Source: Acidimicrobiales bacterium (lineage in GTDB: Bacteria; Actinomycetota; Acidimicrobiia; Acidimicrobiales; Bog-793). From it: DNA of 64,000 nt. The notes beneath the pieces are model-generated. The model searched no databases and had not been told where the DNA came from. It was given only the letters and a program-made list of their open reading frames with translations. The stretch is taken from contig JBKQMT010000037.1 in the NCBI GenBank assembly GCA_052146595.1, forward strand, positions 8,097 to 72,096, given 5' to 3'. The translations under genes and the position numbers were made by a program. This document shows positions 44,241 to 53,685 of the stretch, piece after piece; position 1 is the stretch's first letter, and each line of letters starts with the position of its first letter.

Positions 44241-47200
44241 ATGTCCGAGGCGCCGAGCGCGAATCGTTACCCCCAGGTCCCTTCCCAGCCGCGCTATGCG
44301 TCGCTGGAGGAGGAGATCCTCGCCTTTTGGCGCCAGGATCGCACCTTCGAGGCGTCCGTGGACCTGCATGGCCCCGAGACCGAGTACGTGTTCTACGACG
44401 GGCCGCCGTTCGCGAACGGGCTGCCGCACTACGGTCACCTCCTCACCGGGTTCGTGAAGGACGCCGTTCCTCGCTTCCAGACCATGCGCGGGCATCGCGT
44501 CGAGCGTCGCTTCGGCTGGGACTGCCACGGCCTTCCCGCGGAGATGGCCGCCGAGCAGGAGCTGGGACTCTCCGGGCGCCAAGCGGTGATCGCGTCCGGC
44601 ATCGGCAACTTCAACTCCTACTGCCGCCAGCTCGTGCAGCGGACCACCGACGCCTGGGAACGTTACGTGACCCGCCAGGCTCGCTGGGTGAGCTTCGAGG
44701 ACACCTACAAGACGATGGACCTCTCCTTCATGGAGAGCGTGCTCTGGGCCTTCAAGCGGCTCTACGACAAGGGCCTCCTCTATGAGGGATTCCGCGTCCT
44801 ACCCTACTGCTGGGAGTGCGAGACGCCCCTCTCGAACTTCGAGACCCGCCAGGACGACTCCTACAGGGACCGCACCGATCCCGCGATCACGGTCCGCTTC
44901 GAGCTCGAGCCGGTCGACGACGGGCCTGAGCTGCTGCGCGGCAAGGTGGCACTGCTCGCTTGGACCACGACTCCTTGGACCCTGCCCTCCAACCTCGCCC
45001 TCGCCGTCGGGCCGGAGCTTCGCTACTGCGTGCTCGCTCGGGGCGACGGACGCGTCGTGCTCGGCGAGGGCTGCCTCGATGAGTACGAGGAATCGCTCGG
45101 CGGCGCCGAGGTCCTCGGCACTGTCACAGGAGCCGACCTCGTCGGGCGCCGTTTCCGACCCCTGTTCGATTACTTCTCCGGCACGCCCGGAGCGTTCGTC
45201 GTCCTCGGCGGGGACTTCGTCGCCATGGACGAGGGCACAGGCATCGTGCAAATGGCTCCCGGGTTCGGGGAGGACGACCAGCGCGCCTGCGAGGCGGCCG
45301 GTATCCCGGTGATCTGCCCGGTCGACGACCGGGCGCGCTTTACCGGCGAGGTCGGCGATCTCGCAGGAGTCCATGTCTTCGACGCCAATGCCCGGATCAC
45401 GGAACGTCTCGCTGCCGACGGGGCCCTGGTCAAGGCCGAGGACTACGTCCACAGCTACCCCCATTGCTGGCGGACCGACACGCCGCTCATCTACCGGGCG
45501 ATGAGCTCGTGGTTCGTGGCCGTGTCTGCCTTCAAGGACCGCATGGTCGAGCTCAATCAACAGATCCACTGGGTGCCCGAGCACGTGCGCGACGGCGCCT
45601 TCGGCAAGTGGCTGGAGGGGGCACGCGACTGGTCGATAAGCCGGAACCGTTTCTGGGGGACCCCGATCCCGGTGTGGAAGAGCGACGACCCGCGCTATCC
45701 GCGCGTCGACGTCTACGGGAGCCTTGACGAGCTGGCGGCCGATTTCGGTGTGCGGCCTTCTGACCTGCACCGCCCGGGCATCGACGAGCTGACCCGACCG
45801 AACCCCGACGACCCCACAGGCTGCTCTGTGATGCGCCGCATCCCCGACGTCCTCGACTGCTGGTTCGATTCGGGCTCGATGCCCTTCGCCCAGCTTCACT
45901 ACCCCTTCGAGCACACGAGGCGGTTCGAGGAGCACTTTCCGGCCGACTTCATCGTCGAGTACGTGGGCCAGACCCGCGGCTGGTTCTACACCTTGCACGT
46001 GCTCGCGACCGCCTTGTTCGACCGACCGCCTTTCAAGACCTGCATCGCGCACGGCATCGTGCTCGGCGACGACGGGCGCAAGCTCTCCAAACGGCTGCGC
46101 AACTTCCCCGACCCCGAGGAGGTCTTCGCCAGCTACGGGGCCGACGCCATGCGCTGGTACCTTCTGAGCTCACCGGTGCTGAGGGGCCACGACGTGGTCA
46201 TCGAGAACAAGGGGCTGTCCGAGCCGCTGCGGCTCGTCTGCAACCCGATCTGGAACACCTGGTACTTCCTCTCCCTGTACGCAAACGCCGACGGCCTCAC
46301 CGGACGCGTCCGGACCGACCAGGCAGGAGTGCTCGATCGTTACGTCCTTGCCAAGACGCGCCGTCTCGTCGAGGACGTTACGGCGGCCATGGACAGCTAC
46401 GACCTCGCAGGTGCCTGCGGTCACATCTCGTCCTTCCTCGACGCCTTGACCAACTGGTACGTGCGACGCAGCCGCGACCGTTTCTGGCGCCCCGTGGACG
46501 CCGGGGCCGCACCCGGGAGCTTCGGGGTCTCCGTGGTTCCCGAAGACCCGGCCCCGCCCGCCCAAGGGTTCGCTCCAGACGACAAGCAGGACGCCTATGA
46601 CACCTTGCACACGGTGCTCGAGGTGCTCGCCAGGGTGGCGGCACCGTTCCTCCCGTTTCTCAGCGAGGCCGTCTACCAAGGCCTGACGGGTGAGCGGAGC
46701 GTGCATCTTCGTGCGTGGCCGGACGCCGAGGAGCTGCCGGCTGATCCCGAGCTCGTCGAGGCCATGGACCTTGCCCGCGAGGTCTGCTCGGCCGGCCATT
46801 CGATCCGCAAGGCCGCCGGGCGCAGGGCGCGCTTGCCGCTGTCGGCCTTGACCGTTGCCGCGCCAGGGGCGAGCCGTTTGCTGCCTTACGCGGACCTGAT
46901 CGCCGACGAGGTGAACGTGCAGCAGGTCAAGCTGCTCGAGACCGTCGGCTCGCTCGGCGAGACGGTGCTCAACGTCGTCCCTTCCGCCCTCGGCCCGAGG
47001 CTCGGAGGGCGCACTCAGCACGTCATCGCCGCAGCACGAAAAGGCGACTGGTCACGGCTCCCCGACGGCACAGTGCAAGTCGGTGGCGTCAGCCTTGAGC
47101 CGGGTGAGTTCGACCTGCGCCTGCGGCCGTCCGACCCCGGCTCGAGCCGGTCACTGCCGGGTGAGGTGGGGATCGTCGCCCTCGACCTCGACACGACCCC

Positions 47201-47501
47201 GGAGCTCGAAGCCGAAGGCGCGGCGCGCGACGTGATCCGCCTCGTGCAGCGCGCCCGCCGCGACGCGGGGCTACAGGTTACCGACCGCATCCGCCTGCGG
47301 ATCGGGCTCTCGAGCGAGCTGACCGCCGTTCTCGGGCCGTGGCGAGCCCACGTCGCCGCCCAGGTGCTGGCGACCGAGATCGAGATGGTGTCCTACGCCG
47401 GCGACGACGCGGAGACCGGCAAGGACGACGACTGGTTCACCGCCGTGGGCGAGCTTGCCGACGGCAGCATCGTCGTCATCCGCCTGCAGCGCATCGGCTG
47501 A
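44241..47501 (+). CDS. ileS: Isoleucine--tRNA ligase (type 2)
   Basis: FYDGPPFANGLPHYGH, GWDCHGLP, WTTTPWTLPSN, HSYPHCWR, DWSISRNRFWG, GQTRGWFY, KLSKR. Confidence 0.97.
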   Translation: MSEAPSANRYPQVPSQPRYASLEEEILAFWRQDRTFEASVDLHGPETEYVFYDGPPFANGLPHYGHLLTGFVKDAVPRFQTMRGHRVERRFGWDCHGLPAEMAAEQELGLSGRQAVIASGIGNFNSYCRQLVQRTTDAWERYVTRQARWVSFEDTYKTMDLSFMESVLWAFKRLYDKGLLYEGFRVLPYCWECETPLSNFETRQDDSYRDRTDPAITVRFELEPVDDGPELLRGKVALLAWTTTPWTLPSNLALAVGPELRYCVLARGDGRVVLGEGCLDEYEESLGGAEVLGTVTGADLVGRRFRPLFDYFSGTPGAFVVLGGDFVAMDEGTGIVQMAPGFGEDDQRACEAAGIPVICPVDDRARFTGEVGDLAGVHVFDANARITERLAADGALVKAEDYVHSYPHCWRTDTPLIYRAMSSWFVAVSAFKDRMVELNQQIHWVPEHVRDGAFGKWLEGARDWSISRNRFWGTPIPVWKSDDPRYPRVDVYGSLDELAADFGVRPSDLHRPGIDELTRPNPDDPTGCSVMRRIPDVLDCWFDSGSMPFAQLHYPFEHTRRFEEHFPADFIVEYVGQTRGWFYTLHVLATALFDRPPFKTCIAHGIVLGDDGRKLSKRLRNFPDPEEVFASYGADAMRWYLLSSPVLRGHDVVIENKGLSEPLRLVCNPIWNTWYFLSLYANADGLTGRVRTDQAGVLDRYVLAKTRRLVEDVTAAMDSYDLAGACGHISSFLDALTNWYVRRSRDRFWRPVDAGAAPGSFGVSVVPEDPAPPAQGFAPDDKQDAYDTLHTVLEVLARVAAPFLPFLSEAVYQGLTGERSVHLRAWPDAEELPADPELVEAMDLAREVCSAGHSIRKAAGRRARLPLSALTVAAPGASRLLPYADLIADEVNVQQVKLLETVGSLGETVLNVVPSALGPRLGGRTQHVIAAARKGDWSRLPDGTVQVGGVSLEPGEFDLRLRPSDPGSSRSLPGEVGIVALDLDTTPELEAEGAARDVIRLVQRARRDAGLQVTDRIRLRIGLSSELTAVLGPWRAHVAAQVLATEIEMVSYAGDDAETGKDDDWFTAVGELADGSIVVIRLQRIG

Positions 47502-47519
47502 GGGGAACGAGGCTCAGGC

Positions 47520-48401
47520 TCAGGCGATCCAGTCGGGCCCGTTTACGCCGAACTGGGGAACAGCCGGGTCGACGGCCGCCCCGGCTACCTTGTCGCCGCC
47601 TTGGCCGAAGATGGTCATGGGCTCGGCCTGCCAGGCCTGGGTTGGCGGCCCCGAGTCCTCGAGGGGCGGGACAGCGGCAAGGTTGGTGCGCGCCGCCTCG
47701 CCCGAATCACCGTCCTCACCACCGGAGGCGGCCGGCACGACCGAAGGGGCGGCGGCTTCGGCGTCCTCTTTGATCTGCGCCTCGATGTCGTCGTCACCGC
47801 CCGGCGCAAACGACGCCGGCACGGGTCGAAGCTCGGATATCTCGCCCGGCGCCGGCAGCGTCCGCTCGACGAAATTGAGCGCTGCCCGCAGCGAGTCCGC
47901 CAACCGCTTGCGCTCCGAGTCGAGAAGCTCCGAGAGCTCGTTGAGCTCGACGCGGACCTGATCACGCTGGCGCTCGAGCCGCGCGATGTCGTCCGAGTGG
48001 CGACGCTCGGCCTCGGAGGCGAGCCGCCTGGCGGTGTCCCGCGCCTCGCTCAGCAGCTTGTCCGACTCGTTCCTCGCCTCGCTCAGCAGCTTGTCCGACT
48101 CGTTCCTCGCCTCGTCTACGAGCGCGGCAGACTGTTCTTGTGCCTCACGGACGGCGAGATCGGCGGTTCGCTGTGCCAACACGAGCGTCCGGCGAATGGT
48201 GTCGTCATCGTCGTCGGCCGCCCGGTCCGACACGGCGCGCTCGGCGCGCTCGGCTCGGGCGGTGAGCTGGCGCATCTTCTCCTGCATCTCTTCGACCGCG
48301 ACGGCGACCTTCTCGAGGAACTCGTCGACTTCATCGGTGTCGTAGCCACGCAGGCGGTCTCGAAACTCAACTTCTCGCAGGACTTTTGCAGAAAGATCCA
48401 T
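47520..48401 (-). CDS. divIVA: DivIVA domain protein
   Basis: LREVEF...LRGYDTDEVDEFLE; TLVLAQRTAD; coiled coil. Confidence 0.93.
   Translation of the reverse strand: MDLSAKVLREVEFRDRLRGYDTDEVDEFLEKVAVAVEEMQEKMRQLTARAERAERAVSDRAADDDDDTIRRTLVLAQRTADLAVREAQEQSAALVDEARNESDKLLSEARNESDKLLSEARDTARRLASEAERRHSDDIARLERQRDQVRVELNELSELLDSERKRLADSLRAALNFVERTLPAPGEISELRPVPASFAPGGDDDIEAQIKEDAEAAAPSVVPAASGGEDGDSGEAARTNLAAVPPLEDSGPPTQAWQAEPMTIFGQGGDKVAGAAVDPAVPQFGVNGPDWIA
48043..48114 (+). repeat. 33-bp perfect in-frame tandem duplication in divIVA (EARNESDKLLS x2)
   Basis: GCCTCGCTCAGCAGCTTGTCCGACTCGTTCCTC x2. Confidence 0.9.
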
Positions 48402-48457
48402 GTTCTGGATGGTATATGGCCTTTCCCGGTCGTGGGTGGATACCGCGGGCCAACGAG

Positions 48458-48706
48458 CTAGAGCAGCCGGCTGATGATCAAGATCGCGACCCAGACGATG
48501 ATCGGGGAGAGATCGACCGCGGAGCCGCCGACGCGCATGGGCGGCACGACGCGACGTACCGGTCGCAGCACGGGCTCGGTGAGCGCCTCGAAGAACCTGG
48601 TGACCTTCGCCAGGCCCGATCCCGCCGGAGCCGGGACGTAGGAGAGCACTACCCGGACCAGGAGTACGAACAGGAAGATATTGAGGACATCGATCACGTA
48701 GTTCAA
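48458..48706 (-). CDS. YggT family membrane protein
   Basis: LLVRVVLSY, LTEPVLRPVRRVVP, DLSPII. Confidence 0.92.
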   Translation of the reverse strand: MNYVIDVLNIFLFVLLVRVVLSYVPAPAGSGLAKVTRFFEALTEPVLRPVRRVVPPMRVGGSAVDLSPIIVWVAILIISRLL

Positions 48707-48758
48707 GGCGCCGCGCCCCTGTCGATCGAGCCCACGCTCCCCGGCGACCGCAGGACGT

Positions 48759-49286
48759 TCAGGACCGGAACAATCCGTTCTCTTGCAGCCGCTGGCGCTC
48801 CTCGGGGGAGACCTCGACGTTCGAGGGTGTGAGCAGGAACACCGATTCAGCGACCTTTTCCATCGATCCCCCGACGGCGTAGGTCAGGCCCGAACAGAAG
48901 TCGATCATGCGTCTGGCCAGGTCCTTCTCGCTCGATTGGAGGTTCACGATGACCGGCATGCTCGCCTTGACCATGTCGCCGATCTGCTGCGCGTCGGAAA
49001 AGCGCGTCGGAGCCACGACCTGGGGCTTGGAGTGGCGCTGGGTCACGAACGGCCGCACGACGGCGCCCCGGGCCACCGGCGTCTGCACGTCCCGGCTCTC
49101 GTCACGGCCCAGGGGGCGCACGGTGGCCACAGGTGCCCTCGGCGGCGCGGGCTCGGGGTAGGCACTTTGACGCACGCGGCTCGCGGGCGGCTCTCCGACC
49201 TCTTCCTCCTCGGTGTCGTAGTCCTCCTCGTCATCGATGTCTTTCAGACCGAGGTACATCAGTGCTCTTTGAACTAACGAAGCCAT
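48759..49286 (-). CDS. sepF: Cell division protein SepF
   Basis: MYLGL, P.RFSDAQQIG, PVIVNL, ARRMIDFCSGL, VFLLTPSNV. Confidence 0.95.
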   Translation of the reverse strand: MASLVQRALMYLGLKDIDDEEDYDTEEEEVGEPPASRVRQSAYPEPAPPRAPVATVRPLGRDESRDVQTPVARGAVVRPFVTQRHSKPQVVAPTRFSDAQQIGDMVKASMPVIVNLQSSEKDLARRMIDFCSGLTYAVGGSMEKVAESVFLLTPSNVEVSPEERQRLQENGLFRS

Positions 49287-49314
49287 CTCCAGCCCTCCTG
49301 CGAGAACCCTATTG

Positions 49315-50013
49315 TTACAGCCTGCGACGTTGCGGGCGAGGACCGAACAGGGCAGTCCCGAGGCGCACCATCGTCGCGCCGGCGGCGACGGCTTGCTCGA
49401 GATCTTCGGACATGCCCATCGAGAGCTCCCTGAGACCCAGCTCGTCGCGCAGCCGGGCGACCTGGTCGAAGGTCGCCCTCGCCAGCTCCGGGTCGCCCGG
49501 AGGGGCGACCGTCATCAAGCCCTCGACGCCACATCCGAGGTCGCGCAGGGCGGCGACCAGGTCCGGGACCTTCTCCGGGGTGCAGCCGCCTCGGCCGGCG
49601 AGTCCCGTCGTCTCGACTTCCACGAACAAGCTGGCCGGCCCGAGGCCCTGGCCGGCGGGCTCTTTCAGCACCTCGGCCCGGTGGCGCAAGATCGCCTCGC
49701 CCTCGACGACTCTTGCCACTGCCTGCCAGCAGTCGACGAGCGGGGCGAGTCTGCCGACCTTGTTGCGCTGCACGGCGCCGAGAAAGTGCCATCTTGCCGC
49801 CCGACCGACCGTCCCCCACTTGGCGAGCAGCTCGTCTGCGTAATTCTCGCCGAGGTCGGTCAAGCCCGCCGCGGACGCGGCCGCGACTTGTTCGGGACCG
49901 AAGCCCTTCGTGACAGCCACGATCCTGACCAGCTCGGGATCACCTCCAGCACGGACGATCCGATCGCGGGCCACAGCCGCCCGAGCGACGATCTGCTCGA
50001 CGAGCGTGCTCAC
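49315..50013 (-). CDS. YggS family PLP homeostasis protein
   Basis: VAVTK, LGENY, WHFLG..QRNKV, GLMT, LSMGMSED, GATMVRLGTALFG. Confidence 0.93.
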   Translation of the reverse strand: MSTLVEQIVARAAVARDRIVRAGGDPELVRIVAVTKGFGPEQVAAASAAGLTDLGENYADELLAKWGTVGRAARWHFLGAVQRNKVGRLAPLVDCWQAVARVVEGEAILRHRAEVLKEPAGQGLGPASLFVEVETTGLAGRGGCTPEKVPDLVAALRDLGCGVEGLMTVAPPGDPELARATFDQVARLRDELGLRELSMGMSEDLEQAVAAGATMVRLGTALFGPRPQRRRL

Positions 50014-50651
50014 GGCGCCGTCACGACGACGAGCGCGTGCCGTCCGCTGTCGCGCCGGGCGCGCCAGGAGAACCAGCCCGGGTCACACGCGGTACAGCGC
50101 GCATAGTCGGTCGCCACCCTGACACCGGCGGTCTCGAGCGCCCTGTGCACCCCGGCGCGCAGATCGAGCGCCGGCAGGCCCGCCGATGTCCTCGAGGAGA
50201 CAGAGGGCCCGTAGCGCACCTCGATGGGTGCCAGGTCGGCCTCGCCGAACTCGTAGCACTCCGGCCCGATGCACGCCCCGACGACGGCCGCGATGCCTGT
50301 CGCCCCGAGAGAGCCCATGGTCGCGGCCGTTCGCTCGAGCACGCCCGCGAGCAGCCCGCGCCAGCCCACGTGCACCGCCCCGACGACTCCTTCCCGGCTC
50401 GCCAGGCCGACGAGGGCGCAATCGGCCGAGAAGACCGCCAGGGGGGCGCCCGGCACCGTGCTCACGAGGGCGTCGGCCTCACGTCCCTCGCAGGACTCCT
50501 CCGGGTCGAGGACCACGACGCCGTCACCATGGCATTGGTGCAACCAGCGCCAACGGCCGGCTGCCAAAGACCGACGGCGGGCCTCGAGCAGCTCGACAGG
50601 AGCTCTCGAGCGCGCCCCGACGTCGCCGTCTCGGGCACAGCTCAGCACCAC
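50010..50651 (-). CDS. pgeF: Peptidoglycan editing factor PgeF/YfiH (start uncertain)
   Basis: QCHG, ADALVS, SADC, VHVGWRG, IGPECYE, CTAC, WFSWR. Confidence 0.88.
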   Translation of the reverse strand: MVLSCARDGDVGARSRAPVELLEARRRSLAAGRWRWLHQCHGDGVVVLDPEESCEGREADALVSTVPGAPLAVFSADCALVGLASREGVVGAVHVGWRGLLAGVLERTAATMGSLGATGIAAVVGACIGPECYEFGEADLAPIEVRYGPSVSSRTSAGLPALDLRAGVHRALETAGVRVATDYARCTACDPGWFSWRARRDSGRHALVVVTAP

Positions 50652-50682
50652 GACCGCTGGCGTGCCCGCGACCGGGATCCGC

Positions 50683-51852
50683 CTAGCGGAGGAAGGACGG
50701 GACGTCGAAGTCGTCGTCGAGATCGAGATCGTCGTCGCCACCGACGTCGAAGACATCGCGCCCGCGCGACGCGGCGTGGCGTGGCACCAAGAGGTCGCTC
50801 CCGGCCGGCCCGGCCGCTTCCGACCGCGGGGCGCCCCGGGCAGGTGGCGCCTCCGAGGATGGCCGTGTCGTGCCCTCCGAGGCCTGGCGGGGCGCGTCCG
50901 CCTCGGAACGGTCGAAACCGGCGGCGATGACCGTCACCCGCACCGTGTCGCCCAGGGCGTCGTCGATGACGTTGCCGAAGATGATGTTGGCGTCGGGATG
51001 AGCCACGTCGTGGATGATGGCGGCGGCTTCGTTGACCTCGAACAAGGTGAGGTCGCTGCCGCCGGCGATGTTGAGCAGGATCCCCCTCGCGCCCTCGATC
51101 GAAGCTTCCAGGAGGGGGCTCGTGATGGCGTGACGGGCCGCGTTGACCGCCCGCCCCTCGCCCGAGCCGGTGCCGATCCCCATGATGGCGGAGCCGGCGT
51201 TACTCATCACCATCTTCACGTCCGCGAAGTCGGTGTTGATGAGGCCCGGGACGTTGATGAGATCGGTGATCCCCGAGACACCGTGCAGCAGCACCTCGTC
51301 GGCCATCGAGAAGGCCTCGACCATCGAGGTGCGCTCGTTGGATATCGACAACAGGCGCTCGTTCGGGATGACGATGAGGGTGTCCACCTTCTCGCGCAGG
51401 CGCTGGATCCCTTCCTCGGCCTGGTTCGAGCGTCGCCGGCCTTCGAAAGCGAAGGGCCTGGTCACGACGCCGATGGTGAGGGCTCCGAGCCCCTTTGCCG
51501 TCTCGGCGATGACCGGGGCCGCACCGGTCCCGGTGCCCCCTCCCTTGCCGGCGGTGATGAAGACCATGTCGGCGCCCTTCAGCACCTCCTCGATCTCCTC
51601 GAGGTGCTCCTCGGCCGCCATGCGCCCGACCTCCGGGTCGCTGCCGGCGCCGAGCCCACGTGTCAAGGTGCGCCCGATGTCGAGCTTGATGTCGGCTTCG
51701 CTCATCAAGAGGGCCTGGGCGTCGGTGTTGACCGCCACGAACTCGACCCCTTGGAGGCCGGCGTCGATCATGCGGTTGACGGCGTTGACCCCGGCACCCC
51801 CGACACCGACCACTTTGATCACGGCGATGAAGCTTTGGCCTGGCGTGCTCAT
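50683..51852 (-). CDS. ftsZ: Cell division protein FtsZ
   Basis: [35 protein letters not shown]-terminal DVPSFLR. Confidence 0.98.
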   Translation of the reverse strand: MSTPGQSFIAVIKVVGVGGAGVNAVNRMIDAGLQGVEFVAVNTDAQALLMSEADIKLDIGRTLTRGLGAGSDPEVGRMAAEEHLEEIEEVLKGADMVFITAGKGGGTGTGAAPVIAETAKGLGALTIGVVTRPFAFEGRRRSNQAEEGIQRLREKVDTLIVIPNERLLSISNERTSMVEAFSMADEVLLHGVSGITDLINVPGLINTDFADVKMVMSNAGSAIMGIGTGSGEGRAVNAARHAITSPLLEASIEGARGILLNIAGGSDLTLFEVNEAAAIIHDVAHPDANIIFGNVIDDALGDTVRVTVIAAGFDRSEADAPRQASEGTTRPSSEAPPARGAPRSEAAGPAGSDLLVPRHAASRGRDVFDVGGDDDLDLDDDFDVPSFLR

Positions 51853-51961
51853 CCGCGCTCCATCCTCTCCCTGAGTACCAGTGGGGTTACCGCTGGTCGG
51901 CTACGCGAACCACCCCGGCGACCTCGATCACCCCTCAGCACCGATCTCGTCGCGGGCGATC

Positions 51962-52750
51962 TCAGCCATCACCCTTGCCATGAACGTTAGAGGCGGTGAC
52001 CAGGGGGGTCAAGACCGGGGAGGCCGCGACTCTGAGGTCGATCGCACCGATACCGTCGAGATCGACCCGGGAGAGCACCGTCGCGAGGGAGACGAACTTC
52101 TCGGCGAGAGCCTCGTCGTCACCGATGACAGCCTCAAGACCGCCCTCGAGGTGCAGGACAATGCCATCGGAACCCGAGACGGCGATCTCCTGCAGGCGGG
52201 GCAGGAGCGACACGGGAAGCTGAGCGGCCGCAGCGAGCATCGGTCGTGCCGCAGCCCCGAGGGAGCTGCCGGGCGGGGAGGAGATCTTCGCCAGGGCGAC
52301 GAGGGGCAGGTCTGCGGGCCGTGTCGCCTGATGCGCGAGCACGCGCCCAGTCGCGTCGAGAACCGCAAACCCTCCCCCTTCGAGGGGGCTCGTCGCCACC
52401 GGCACCCGCTCGACGACGTCGAGGTCGACCGTCGAAGGCCAGTGGACCCGCACCGCCGCCGTCGAGACCCAGGGCAGTCGATCGAGGCGCCTCTCGATGG
52501 CGGCGGGATCGACGTCGATGAGCGGAGGCCTGCGGTCCAGGCCAGTGACCTCGAGCATCTCGCTTCTCGGCGTGTGCACTGCCCCGGCGATCGCCACCGT
52601 GCGGGCGCTGAACAACGACGAGTGCAAGATCGCCACAGCTCCTGCCGAGGCACCGGCTGCTGCCAAGGCCGAGAGCAGGATGCCAAGGCGGCGGTGCCCC
52701 CGCTGGCGTTCCACACGGACGCGCCTTGCTTGAATCCTCGGGTCTGTCAC
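51962..52750 (-). CDS. ftsQ: Cell division protein FtsQ/DivIB
   Basis: TM then POTRA (LPWV..A.V..HWP.TV...VVERVP), IDLR; position before ftsZ. Confidence 0.9.
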   Translation of the reverse strand: MTDPRIQARRVRVERQRGHRRLGILLSALAAAGASAGAVAILHSSLFSARTVAIAGAVHTPRSEMLEVTGLDRRPPLIDVDPAAIERRLDRLPWVSTAAVRVHWPSTVDLDVVERVPVATSPLEGGGFAVLDATGRVLAHQATRPADLPLVALAKISSPPGSSLGAAARPMLAAAAQLPVSLLPRLQEIAVSGSDGIVLHLEGGLEAVIGDDEALAEKFVSLATVLSRVDLDGIGAIDLRVAASPVLTPLVTASNVHGKGDG

Positions 52751-53685
52751 GTCCCCTCCTCGAACCCGACCAGGTGCAGCTCGGTGCGCAGCTCGACTCC
52801 GAGCCGCTCGGCGACCAGCGCCCGCACCTCGTCGATGACGCGCCGCACGTCGTCCGCCGATCCACCGGGATCGGCCTGGATGAAATTGGCGTGCTTGTCC
52901 GAGACCGCCGCCGAGCCGATGCGGAACCCTTTCAGACCAGCCTCTTCGACGAGGCGCCCCGCCGCCTCGTCGGGCGGGTTCGTGAACACCGAGCCGGCGT
53001 TCTGGCCTCCGGGCTGGTGCTCGCGCCGCCAGCGCACGATCTCGGCGATCCGAGCGCTCGCCACAACGGCGTCGCCGTGCTCGAGCCGGTAGGACGCCTC
53101 GGTGACGACGTCGTAGGGCCCGATCGACGAGTGCCGGTAGGACAGATCGAGCGCCTTCGCCGGCAGGAGCTGCTCTCCTGGGTCGCCGCCGAGGGCGACT
53201 ATCCGGCAGGAGACGAGGCGATCCGACGTCTCAGCGCCGTGCCCGCCGGCGTTCATCCTGACGGCACCGCCGACCGAGCCCGGAATGCCGACCGCCCACT
53301 CCAGCCCGGTGAGGCCGGCCGCGGCCGTGCGCCGCGCCAGTACCGGGTAGGCGAGCGCGCCTCCCGCCCGGACGAGGTCGTCCTCGATCTCGATCGTGGC
53401 GAAGCTGTCGGCGAGCCTCAGGCACAAACCGGCAAAGCCGCAGTCAGCCACGAGTAGGTTCGACCCCTTCCCGAGCACGAGGACAGCGATCCCGGTCGCT
53501 GCGACGACCTCGGCCAGGCGCTCGAGGTCCGCGAGCGTGGAGGGCTCGCAGTACAACGCCGCCGCCCCACCGACGCGATAGGTGGTCAGCTCGCCGATGG
53601 GCCGGTCCCGCTCGGCCAGCGGCCCGAGGAGCTGGGCGGCCCGCTCGATCGCCGCCGAGGGCTGCCGAGGCCGGCCGGTGCTCAC
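52747..53685 (-). CDS. murB: UDP-N-acetylmuramate dehydrogenase
   Basis: [48 protein letters not shown]. Confidence 0.96.
   Translation of the reverse strand: MSTGRPRQPSAAIERAAQLLGPLAERDRPIGELTTYRVGGAAALYCEPSTLADLERLAEVVAATGIAVLVLGKGSNLLVADCGFAGLCLRLADSFATIEIEDDLVRAGGALAYPVLARRTAAAGLTGLEWAVGIPGSVGGAVRMNAGGHGAETSDRLVSCRIVALGGDPGEQLLPAKALDLSYRHSSIGPYDVVTEASYRLEHGDAVVASARIAEIVRWRREHQPGGQNAGSVFTNPPDEAAGRLVEEAGLKGFRIGSAAVSDKHANFIQADPGGSADDVRRVIDEVRALVAERLGVELRTELHLVGFEEGT

Noticed and set aside
44241..47501. Type-2 IleRS as acquired mupirocin resistance
   Set aside because: Type-2 IleRS is the usual housekeeping form in Actinobacteria and sits in core context
50683..52750. Absence of ftsA between ftsQ and ftsZ
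   Set aside because: Normal for Actinobacteria, which use SepF
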